A stretch of DNA of 64,000 nt from NCBI GenBank assembly GCA_964016885.1, contig OZ024756.1, positions 13,330,001-13,394,000 of the forward strand, given 5' to 3'. The DNA comes from Eledone cirrhosa (lineage: Eukaryota). The notes beneath the pieces are model-generated. The model worked only from the letters and a program-made list of their open reading frames with translations. It ran no database searches and was not told where the DNA came from. How positions within the stretch are numbered: the first letter of the stretch is position 1; each line of letters starts with the position of its first letter. Of the stretch, positions 27,201 through 40,958 are shown one piece after another. A program made the position numbers and the translations under genes.

Positions 27201-27617
27201 TGGATTGGCAGTATCGGTAGAGGGTCGGACGCCATGCTTTCCAGCATAGTTACGCCCCTTTATGGTCTGAGTTCAAATCCCGCCGAGGTTAACTTTGCCT
27301 TTCATCCTTACGGGGTCGATAAAATAAAGTACCAGTAATACACTGGGATAATTGCTGGCCTTGTGCCAAAAGTAGAAACAATTATTTATCATATATCAAC
27401 GACGAATCTTTCTCGGAAAAAAAAAGTCTTCGTTTATATTTCAATTTAGAGCTAAAACTGATTTAAACCGAAAGAAAGAGAGGAGAGAGGTGCAAGAGAG
27501 AGGGGAGAGGGGAGATAGAGGAGAGAAAGAGATAAAAAGAGGAGAAAGAGAGAGGGGAGAGAAAGAGATGACTAAGTTGTAGTAATAGTAGTAGTAATGG
27601 TGGTTGTGATGGAGGTT

Positions 27618-27648
<31 letters not shown>

Positions 27649-30600
27649 AGGTGATAGTAGTAGTAGTTGTAGTAGTAGTAATGCACTGGGTGATCGCTGG
27701 CCTTGTGCCTAAAGTAGAAACAATTATTTATTCAAAGTACCAGTAATGCACTGGGGTGATTGCTGGCCTTGTGCCTAAAGTAGAAACAATTATCATTATT
27801 TGCATCCATTGGTCTTGAAAAACACCATGGATCTGTGCCTGGAGAAATTTGTGTGGGCTGCAGATGTCGGTGCAGTGTCAACTTCGGCTGTATAGTCCCA
27901 CACGGGAGTGACAGTCCTGTATACAGCGACTGCATTTGTAGATCTTCTCCTCCCGTGCTGCTATATACATATATATTTAAACTATATACACTATTATATT
28001 TAAACTATATATACTATTATATTTAAACTATATATACTATTATATTTAAACTATATACACTATTATATTTAAACTATATATACTATTGTATTTAAACTAT
28101 ATACACTATTATATTTAAACTATATATACTATTATATTTAAACTATATATACTATTATATTTAAACTATATACACTATTATATTTAAACTATATATACTA
28201 TTGTATTTAAACTATATACACTATTATATTTAAACTATATATACTATTGTATTTAAACTATATACACACTAAACTATATACACTATTGTATTTAAATTAT
28301 ATATACTATTATGTTTAAACTATATATCCTATTATATTTAAACTATATATACTATTATATTTAAACTATATATACTATTGTATTTAAACTATATATACTA
28401 TTATATTTAAACTATATATACTATTGTATTTAAACTATATATACTATTGTATTTAAATTATATATACTATTATATTTAAACTATATATACTATTGTATTT
28501 AAACTATATATACTATTGTATTTAAACTATATATACTATTGTATTTAAACTATATATACTATTATATTTAAACTATATATACTATTGTATTTAAACTATA
28601 TATACTATTATATTTAAACTATCAATACTATTGTATTTAAACTATATATACTATTATATTTAAACTATATACACACTAAACTATATATACTATTGTATTT
28701 AAACTATATATATACTATTGCATTTAAACTATATACACTATTATATTTAAACTATATATACTATTGTATTTAAACTATATATACTATTGTATTTAAACTA
28801 TATATACTATTGTATTTAAACTATATATACTATTGCATTTAAACTATATACACTATTATATTTAAACTATATATACTATTGTATTTAAACTATATATAGT
28901 ATTGTATTTAAACTATATATACTATTATATTTAAACTATATATACTATTGCATTTAAACTATATATACTATTGTATTTAAACTATATATACTATTATATT
29001 TAAACTATATATACTATTATATTTAAACTATATATACTATTGTATTTAAACTATATATACTATTATATTTAAACTATATACACACTAAACTATATACACA
29101 CTAAACTATATACACACTAAACTATATATACTATTGTATTTAAACTATATATACTATTGTATTTAAACTATATATACTATTGTATTTAAACTATATATAC
29201 TATTATATTTAAACTATATATACTAATATATTTAAACTATATATACTATTGTATTTAAACTATATATACTATTATATTTAAACTATCAATACTATTGTAT
29301 TTAAACTATATATACTATTATATTTAAACTATATATACTATTATATTTAAATTATATATACTATTATATTTAAACTATATATACTATTGTATTTAAACTA
29401 TATATACTATTGTATTTAAACTATATATACTATTATATTTAAACTATATATACTATTATATTTAAACTATATATACTATTGTATTTAAACTATATATACT
29501 ATTATATTTAAACTATCAATACTATTGTATTTAAACTATATATACTATTGTATTTAAGCTATATATACTATTGTATTTAAACTATATATAGTATTGTATT
29601 TAAATTATATATACTATTATATTTAAACTATATATACTATTGTATTTAAACTATATATACTATTGTATTTAAACTACATATACTATTATATTTAAACTAT
29701 ATATACTATTATATTTAAACTATATATACTATTGTATTTAAACTATATATACTATTATATTTAAACTATCAATACTATTGTATTTAAACTATATATACTA
29801 TTATATTTAAACTATATATACTATTATATTTAAACTATATATACTATTATATTTAAACTATATATACACTAAATTTAAACCATATATACTATTGTATTTA
29901 AACTATATATACTATTATATTTAAACTATATATACTATTGTATTTAAACTATATATACACTAAATTTAAACCATATATACTATTGTATTTAAACTATATA
30001 TACTATTGTATTTAAACTATATATACTATTATATTTAAACTATATATACTATTATATTTAAACTATATATACTATTGTATTTAAACTATATATACTATTG
30101 TATTTAAACTATATATACTATTATATTTAAACTATATATACTATTATATTTAAACTATATATACTATTGTATTTAAACTATATATACTATTATATTTAAA
30201 CTAGATATACTATTGTATTTAAACTATATATACTATTATATTTAAACTAGATATACTATTGTATTTAAACTATATATACTATTATATTTAAACTAGATAT
30301 ACTATTGTATTTAAACTATATATACTATTATATTTAAACTATATATACTATTGTATTTAAACTATATACACTATTGTATTTAAACTATATATACTATTAT
30401 ATTTAAACTATATATACTATTATATTTAAACTATATATACTTTTGTATTTAAACTATATATACTATTATATTTAAACTATATATACTATTGTATTTAAAC
30501 TATATATACTATTGTATTTAAACTATATATACTATTATATTTAAACTATATATACTATTGTATTTAAACTAAATATACTATTATATTTAAACTATATACA

Positions 30601-32804
30601 CACTAAATTTAAACTATATACACACTAAACTATATATACTATTGTATTTAAACTATATATACTATTATATTTAAACTATATATACTATTGTATTTAAACT
30701 ATATATACTATTATATTTAAACTATATACACACTAAATTTAAACTATATACACACTAAACTATATATACTATTGTATTTAAAGTATATATACTATTATAT
30801 TTAAACTATATACACACTAAATTTAAACTATATACACACTAAACTATATATACTATTGTATTTAAACTATATATACTATTATATTTAAACTATATATACT
30901 ATTATATTAAACTATATATACTATTGTATTTAAACTATATATACTATTATATTTAAACTATATACACACTAAATTTAAACTATATACACACTAAACTATA
31001 TATACTATTGTATTTAAACTATATATACTATTATATTTAAACTATATATACTATTATATTTAAACTATATATACTATTGTATTTAAACTATATATACTAT
31101 TATATTTAAACTATATATACTATTGTATTTAAACTATATATACTATTATATTTAAACTATATATACTATTATATTTAAACTATATATACTATTGTATTTA
31201 AACTATATATACTATTATATTTAAACTATATACACTATTGTATTTAAACTATATATACTATTGTATTTAAGCTATATATACTATTGTATTTAAACTATAT
31301 ATAGTATTGTATTTAAATTATATATACTATTATATTTAAACTATATATACTATTGTATTTAAACTACATATACTATTATATTTAAACTATATATACTATT
31401 GTATAATATATAAATTTGAATGCCTTCCGTCTGTTTGTCACACAATGAGGGAGGAAGGGGTGATGACGTCACACACTAGAGATCACTGAGGAAGGAAGGG
31501 GTGATGACAAACTACAGAAAACAGTCACAGCAATTCAGCAAAAGATCAATGATAGAAAGACTTGGGCAGCTTTTATTCAATCTTCTTCATGACATTATCA
31601 CATTATTGTTTATGTATGAGGGCGGTGAATTGGCAGTATCGGTAGAGGGTTGGACGCCATGCTTTCCAGCATAGAGTTACGTCCCTTTACGGTCTGAGTT
31701 CAAATCCCGCCGAGGTTAACTTTGCCTTTCATCCTTACGGGGTCGATAAAATAAAGTACCAGTAATGTACTGAGGTAATTACTGGCCTTGTGCCAAAAAT
31801 AGAAACAATTATTTCGCTTTTGGGCGGTGATTTGGCAGTATCGGTAGAGGGTTGGACGCCATGCTTTCCAGCAGAGTTACGTCCCTTTACGGTCTGAGTT
31901 CAAATCCCGCCGAGGTTAACTTTACTTTTCATCCTTACGAGGTCGATAAAATAAAGTACCAGTAATGTACTGGGTAATTGCTGGCCTTGTGCCAAAAGTA
32001 GAAGCAATTATTGTTTATGTATGTACACATATTTCTTTGTCCTCGATTATTTCATTTGAAATAATCAATATTGATTGATTTATAGAGATATTCTAATATC
32101 ATTTCAGTGCACAAGTCTGTTCTGAAAACAGTACATGTCCTTTCGAGAAATTGATGTATTATTCCATAGATGGTGCCTGCAATAATTTAGTATGGACACA
32201 CATGAGTTTGGGTAAAAGTGACACACCTTATGGCCGAGTTTTGACTGCTGAAGCACCAGGTATGTATGTAATTGCTTTCAAAAGAATAGTTAATATCTAA
32301 TATGCAATACATTTGCTTAAAATTATATCATCATCATCATCATCATCAACGTTTAACGTCCGTGTTCCACGCTTGCATGGGTTTGGACGGGGTATTTCCC
32401 ACTTGAGGCAAGAGTGATTGTCTTGCTCGCATAGGACTGTCTGGCGGGTTTTCTACAGCTGGATGCCCTTCCTAACACCAACCACATTTACAGTGTGGGG
32501 CTGGGAGGTTTTTACCGTGTTGCCTACACGGCCACATTACAGCGTGGACTATATATATATATATCTCTATATATATATACACACACATATATATAACAAA
32601 TTTAATATAGAAGTGACTTCTACGGGACTAGAACTGTTTCATTCAAAATAGATCATCAGGAAAGCTTTCCTGGTGGTTTCTTTCGAATGAAACAGCTCTA
32701 GTCCTGTAGAAACCATTTCTATATCAAATTTGTTGTATACACTCTACTAATGTATTGAGTACCTTTACTTACTGTGGTTACCCCTGATTGAACCTGGGAC
32801 TCTC

Positions 32805-32836
<32 letters not shown>

Positions 32837-33553
32837 ACAAATATATATATGTATATTTGGAGATGGTCTGCATCAACAATAAGAAAATCAAATATTTTCT
32901 CTATTCTCTGTTTGTGCTGGCCATAATTTCTTTTATTTATTAGCTAATTATGCATCGGATCCTGATGATGTTGCCAGGGTCTTACGTAACCAGGATATTG
33001 AAATATATATATATATATTATGTTATGCAAGAAATGCTTAGTATTATCCTGAATGCAGTAATGGTTAATTACTACACTAGATAGAGTTGACGTACGGTGA
33101 GGGGTTACTCAACGAGTTATGGAAGAATAGTCGGAAAAACTCAGTTTCTGATCCTTCTGTATTCCGGAGTGTAGATAAAGAATGAATAATAACAGGTAGA
33201 CATCATAAAAGGTAATTTATTCCGAGTGCTTACAAATGTTTCAACAGTAGTTATACAGCCTAGTCATGCTATGTGCAAATTGATAATTATTTGATTGCAG
33301 AAACTCAATTTTCAAATGCTGCCACTACCGTTTCCTCAGAGCAGAATGGTTAAAGCACATATATATATATATAACGAATGAATAATAACATATGTCCCAA
33401 GGCTCTGATACCATCAACACTATAAACACAGAGCTGGCATATCTAAGAACTGACTAACTGCCTGATGAGGTCATAGCCATTCAATGGCTATCATCGAAAT
33501 ATATATAGCAGTAAATAAAGGATTATGAGTTCATGCAATTGACTTATGTTTCG

Positions 33554-33592
<39 letters not shown>

Positions 33593-33853
33593 TAATAAAA
33601 ACAATGAATAAAAACAAAGAAACAGTTCCTTATATTAAATATTCATCCTTTTACGATCGTTTCTAGGATATATATGTGTGTGTTGATATGTATATCATGT
33701 AGATCTATGTAAAAATTTTACAAACTATCAGAGGAAATATACATACCTACACATATATATGCTGTCTTCAGAAATAATTGTTTCTACTTTTTGGCACAAG
33801 GCCAGCAATTACCCAGTACATTACTGGTACTTTATTTATATATATACAATATA

Positions 33854-33899
<46 letters not shown>

Positions 33900-34186
33900 C
33901 GTTTCTGAATTTGTTTAGCAAGATTCTTTATCTGAAATCGTGTGTTGAAACCAATATTGTTATACTTTGGGAGGGTCATGTTGCCAATAAGAAACACACG
34001 CACCAGTTGCTTTCACTTCAATTTATTATAATAAATTTATAAATTTATAAATTTCTGGTTGGTTGGTTGGTTCCACAACCAGATAGTTGTTTATATATTG
34101 TCATAGTTCTTTCGTCACACACTCTGTGACCTCTTCAGTGACTGGTGCGTGTGTTTCTTATTGGCAACATGACCCTCCCAAAGTAT

Positions 34187-34232
<46 letters not shown>

Positions 34233-37200
34233 GTTTTTGCAATAATAAAACTGTAAAAGGATATCCCGAGTCCAGCCTTATGTTGTTTTAATCATATATA
34301 TTTGATTAAAACAACAAATATATATATTTGTTACTTTTATATATATATATATCGCAATCTCCGTGGATGTGAAAAGGAAAAGGAGAACAGTGCTCAATCG
34401 GGAAGAGAGCAGAAATATTATATTATTTATTTATATTCATACACAAAACAAGGGCGCTAATATGTATCATCATCATCATCATCATCATTTCATTTTACGT
34501 CCGCTTTTTCGCTGCTTGCAAGGGTGGGACGGGAACTGATTCTGGCTTGATTTCTACAGCTTGATGCCCTTCCTAACACAAACCTCATTTACAGTGTGGG
34601 CTGGGTGCTTTTTTGCCGTGGCACATCCACGACCACTTTGCAGTGGAATGATATGGACCCCAGTCCCTATCATCTCATTTCTACAGCTGAGTAAACTGGA
34701 GCAATGTGAAATAAAGTGTCTTGCTCAAGGAAACAACACATCACCCGGTCTGAGAATTGAACTCACAACCTTTTGATTGCAAGGCCAATGCTCTAACCAC
34801 TAAGCCATGTGCCTCCATGTGTATATATATATATGTTTGTCTGTGTATATATATGTATAGATTAGGGGAGAACAACAGGATGACTGTGGTGTTTTATAGG
34901 TTTTCTCTACGAGAGACCCTTGGAAGCCTCATCCTTATTAAAGAATTATTAACTTGTTACTATTACTCAATAAAGTGTGTAGCTCAGAGAGTCATATCAT
35001 GTAGAGTTGCTACTTCACCGGAGAGCTCACAGTTCCGATACTATAGGCATGTGATTAGAATGTCTCAGGAAAGAATTGCTGGACAGATTTTATGGGCAAA
35101 AACCAACTGGCAAGAAACCAAGGGGTAGACCCTGAACAAGATGGTTGGATAACATGCATGAGGTCGGCTGGTCACACTTGGGGATCCAGCTGGATTAATT
35201 GGAGTCGATTGCTTCTGACAAGATCCACTGGAAGGAGTGTCTGAGGTCTCTAGCCCCATGACCCTCTTAGGAATATGTGGTGAAGGAGAAAAAGTTGTTA
35301 CTATTATACGTTTTACATGAAAAAAACTTACATTGTATTGTTCTGTCCTCTGACGTTTTGATAGCTCTGTGTGGCTAATAAAGAAATCATTATTATTTTG
35401 TTATTTCCCTTTACGATCTGAGTTACGTCCCTTTACAATCTGAGTTCAAATCCCGCTGAGATTGACTTTGTCTTTCATCCTTACGGGGTCGATAAAATAA
35501 AGTACCAGTGATGCACTGGGTAATTGCTGGCCTTGTGCCTAAAGTAGAAACAATTATTATTTTGTTATTTCTTTAAAAAGAAAACTTGTAGCTTTGTACC
35601 ATATATTACAGGTAAAATTCCGTTATAACGAATACCATTATAACAAATTTTTCAGTATAACAAATTTTTTTCAATCCCCGAGGTAAGAACAAACAAATGT
35701 TCGATTTGTTTCAGTCGATCTCGTTATAAAGAAATTTTCGTTACAACAAATTTTTTTTTACACCCCATGAATTATGTTTTAATGGAATTTCACTGTATAA
35801 ATCAATGCTATTATACTTTTTTAAATAATATATTTTACCAAATCTGTTTCTCTTTAGGTGGTCGTCATCAACCTCCTTATAAGAGTTATTATGGGTACGA
35901 CCTTCCAAGTCCTCGGGCATTAAGTAGAGCCTTGTTTCCTTGTGAAGACATTGAAAGTAACCTTACTCATCTTGCTGCACATTTCGGTATATTTCTAATG
36001 CACGATATGTTTTCCACTAAAAAGAACGGTATAGGTAAGTTATATATATATCTTATTAATCAGATTAGTCATGTTTTTTTGTTGGTTGAAGGTTAGGCAG
36101 GAAAGTTTCAAAAAGCTGGTACAATGTGGTAGAAATATATAAAGGGCAAATGATGACAAATAAAACAAAACAAAGTAATGCTTTACCCAGAGGCATAGCG
36201 AATGAAAATAGTGCCTATGGCAAGCAGTGAAATTGCGCCCCTGCACAGCACTGTATTTTTACCTTTGGGTCTAATAATTTATATAAATGGTTTAATGATC
36301 CAGCCACCATAGTGTTTCTCATCCATGATAATAAGAGACAGATCGTACATCTGAAGGAGTTTCTTTTTTCACTCTCCAATGAGGCTTATTTGACTTTAAT
36401 AGAACGTGCTCCTAGTCCATGTGGGTCCTCCCTCATGTGGTGCACATGGCACATGCCATGCTTGCTATACCCTAGTTTAAGCCTCTGGTTTTACCCAGTA
36501 TATTTCAGGGCTATTATGCCCTCAGTACTTGACTGGTACTTTTTTTTATCAACCTTGAATGGATGAAAGGCAAAGTTAACCTCAGCGAGATTTGAACTCA
36601 GAGTAGAGAGCTGAAACAAATACCACAAATCATTCTGTTTCTGCCAATTTTGGCAGTATCGGTAGAGAGTCAGATGCCATGTTTTGCAGCACAGAGTTAC
36701 GGTCCTTTATGATCTGAGTTCAAATCCCGCCGAGGTTAACTTTGCCTTTCATTTCTATGGGGTCGATAAAATAAAGCACCAGTAATACACTGGGATAATT
36801 GCTGGCCTTGTGCCAAATGTAGAAACAATTATTTGATAATGTATTAATTTCTATATAAACTTCTCACTAAAACTCCCGGATGACAACTACTGGAATGTCT
36901 TTGATAATAAGCTGGCTAAACCAGGGTTGTATGTATATATCGTCTTGTAACTCCTGATAGAGTTGTAGAGACGCCATATTGACATACAGCGTTTCATGGG
37001 CATTTTAAGCCTGGCGTAGCCATCGCTCTCCAGGTCTGAGTTCAGCAGATTTCTTCCAGAGAAGGATAGAGAGAGTGAGAGAGAAGAAATGAGAAAGAGA
37101 TATAGAGGAAGAATCAACCCCAGTACTAGACTGGTACTTTTTTATTGACCTTTTTTATTGACCTCGGTGGGATTTGAACTCAGAGAGCAGAGAGCTGGAA

Positions 37201-37730
37201 CGAATACCATAAAGTATTCTATCCAACATTCTAACGACTCTGTCAATTTGCTGCCAATCAGGGTTGACCTGGGGATAAAACATTCATGACAACAGCAATA
37301 TGGATTCACATGAATACACTTCAAATCTTTTCTCACAGAATCTATCACATTTATTTAAAAAAAAGAATGCATGAACATCACATGTCATTTTGGGAAGATA
37401 TGAACATCACAACATGTCATTTCCATCTATTATAAAATGAGGTAACGGAAAAGATTACGTGTGGGCACTGAAAGAAATCCCTTGTAATATTTGTTCCAAC
37501 CCAGTTGTAGAGATAATCGTTTGCCGCTGTCACCAGCAAACGATTATCTCGTCGGAAACTTGTAAACAATGTCTGAATATAAAATATATATATAACTCAA
37601 ATGACACCATGTTGTCTTAAAAAGATTAAAGGTGACCATGTCTGAAATAAGACAAGATGGTCACCAATGGAAGCCATCTGGCCAAAGTTCAGCTGAAAAG
37701 GTCTCATCTACCACCACTACCACCACCGCA

Positions 37731-37772
<42 letters not shown>

Positions 37773-38280
37773 GCTACTACTGCTGCTGCTGCTGATGATG
37801 ATGATGATAGTCATCAAAAAAACAAAACACCATAATGAGGCTGTTTGCTTGCAAACGAATCAAATATTATTATTATGGCCCTTTACGTTCTGAGTTCAAA
37901 TCCCGTCGAGGTCAACTTTGCCCTTCATCCTTGCAGGGTCGATAAAACAAAGTACCAGTAATGCACTGGGGAAAATGCTGGCTTTGTGCCAAAAGTAGAA
38001 GCCATTATTATTATTCAATATAAAACCTATTTACATTTATGTAACCCGCTATGTTAGAGCGGAAAATCAAATTCTAATTTTGTTTATAAATATTAATATT
38101 ATTATTATTATTATTATTGTTGTTATTACTCTTTGAGTCTCAGTCATTGATGTTAGTTAACTGGAAAGTTTGTTGAAATGAATATCAAGCCACTACCTGC
38201 AGCCTCAGATATTCAGGACGTATCGGAGGGTTCTTGCTGTTCCCAGCAAGCATGCCTTTTGAAGCGTTCCAAAAATCGTG

Positions 38281-38316
<36 letters not shown>

Positions 38317-40754
38317 TGTTGAATTTCTTTTCTGTTTTTTCAGAACATCAGTGTTGTGAGAGGTAAATATTCATTGACACTTCTTATTTGTACACACATA
38401 CATAAGTGAAGCTGCATGGTTTAGTTGTTAGATTCATAATCATGAGGTTGTAAGTTCAACTCCCAGACTAGGCAATGTGTTGTGTTCACGAGCAAGACAT
38501 TTTATTTCTTATCTGTACACACATAAGAATGTCGGACAGAATGCTTTATAGTATTTGTTCCGGCTCTCTACTCTCGGAGTTCAAATCCCGCAGAAGTCAA
38601 CTTTGCTTTTCATCCTTTCGAGGTCGATAAAAAAAGTACCAGTCTAGTACTGGGGTCGATTCTTCCTCTATATCTCTTTTACATTTCCTCTCTCTCACTT
38701 TCTATCTTTCTCTCAAAGAAGCCTGCTATATTCAGGCCTGAAGAGGGATGGGCTCCGTCAGGCTTAAGATGCCTCTATGACTCTATCAGGAGTTACGGGA
38801 CCATACATGCATATACACACATATCTATCACCATTGGAGACAAGGGAACATGAAAATAGAAAGGCATATGTCAACTGATATTATTTAAGCATACAAATTT
38901 ACATACTTCGTATACACAGCTATGTTATAGCTAACACCCTAATTATATATATATATCTATATATATATATATATAGGAAAATGCTTAACCCCAACGGCAG
39001 AGATTAAGCCGTTTCGACAGCTATTTCTGGAGTATTGAGTACTCTGGTGCGTTATGGTCCATCCGGTTCCTTACCACACTTCCTTCGTTATATATATATA
39101 TAAATTTCGTATTTCTAAAGAAATGCGAAATTTATATCCATATCTGTATAAAGCTCTGTTTGAAGCGAGATCCTATATAATGAAGGAATTGTGGTAAGGA
39201 ACCAGATGGAGCATAACGTACCAGAGTACTCAATACTTAGGGTTGGAAATCATCAGGAGATAAACTCGAGTTTATCTCCTGATGATTTTCAAACTCGTTG
39301 ATTTATCTAAGATCGGATATATCCAAAAAGTGAATGAAAACTCCAGGGGTAGAGATGGTATGTTTGTGTACATTTTTTCTTCTAACTTTGATTTTGTACC
39401 TAATTATGTATGATTAACTATATATCTAGTCAATTTCTACAGGCTATCAGAAATTCTAGGTAAATTTTCTGTGGCTGTGAATCGCGGATAAAAAGCTATC
39501 ATTTATTTATCTATTATTTCTTCATAAGTATATTTTAAACTTATAGCCTCGTTTAAATGATTTTTTGTGCGGTTGATTATGCTGATTGGGAGAAGAAATA
39601 CTGTATATATTTTATCTAATGATTCTATGGACTTACTTCTTTATATATTGCTCTGATTGTTAATTATTTAATTAATTCGTCATTGAGCCACACCGTGAAT
39701 GGTTGCCAAAAACATATATATATGTATCTATAGCTCTGTCTAGTTTATATGTATATAAACTTTTAAATTTTATATATATATATATATATATATATTTATT
39801 TAATGTGTGCGTTTGTTTATTTTTTATTTCAGCTGTTTTGGAATTCCAATAGAGGAAAACAGTGATCCTCTCAAATCATGTGGATCCTGTATGAATTACT
39901 CTTCTCTAGAACTATCTCAGAACTTTGATTGCAAAGGACGTATGTAAATTTACTATAAATAATAACATACAATATAACACCAACAATAACAAACACAACA
40001 ATAACAACAACACCACCACAACAAACACAACAACACCACACCACCACCAACAACACCACCACCACCACCACCTACAACAACAACAACACCAACAACACCA
40101 CCACCACCACAACAACAAACACAAAAACACAACACCACCACACCACCACCAACAACACCACCACCATCACCACCAACAACAACCCCATCACCACCACCAC
40201 CACCAACAACAACAACACCACCACCACCAACACCACAACCACCACACCACCACCACCACCACCACCACCACCACCACCACCACCTACAACAACAACAACA
40301 CCACCACCACCACCACCACCAACAACAACAACACCAACAACAACACCACCACCACCACCTACAACAACAACACCAACAACACCACCACCACCACCACAAC
40401 AACAAGCACAAAAACAACACCACCACACCACCACCAACAACAACACCACCACCACCAACAACAACAACACCTCCACCACCAACAACAACACCTCCACCAC
40501 CAACAACAACAACACCACCACCAACAACAACAACAACACCAACAACACCACCACCACCACCACCACCACCACCACCTACAACAACAACAACACCAACAAC
40601 ACCACCACCACAACAAACAGAAAAACAACACCACCACACCACCACCAACACCACCACCACCAACAACAACAACAACACCACCACCACCAACAACAACACC
40701 ACCACCAACAACAACAACACCACCAACACCACCACCACCAACAACACCACCACC

Positions 40755-40786
<32 letters not shown>

Positions 40787-40927
40787 CACCACCACCACCA
40801 CCACCACCACAACACCACCACCAACAACAACAACACCACCACCACCAACAACAACACCACCAACACCACCACCAACACCACCACCAACACCACCACCAAC
40901 ACCACCACCACCAACAACAACACCACC

Positions 40928-40958
<31 letters not shown>

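Noticed and set aside
31620-31720. tRNA gene candidates from A/B boxes
   Set aside because: No cloverleaf; these are heads of multi-copy SINEs.
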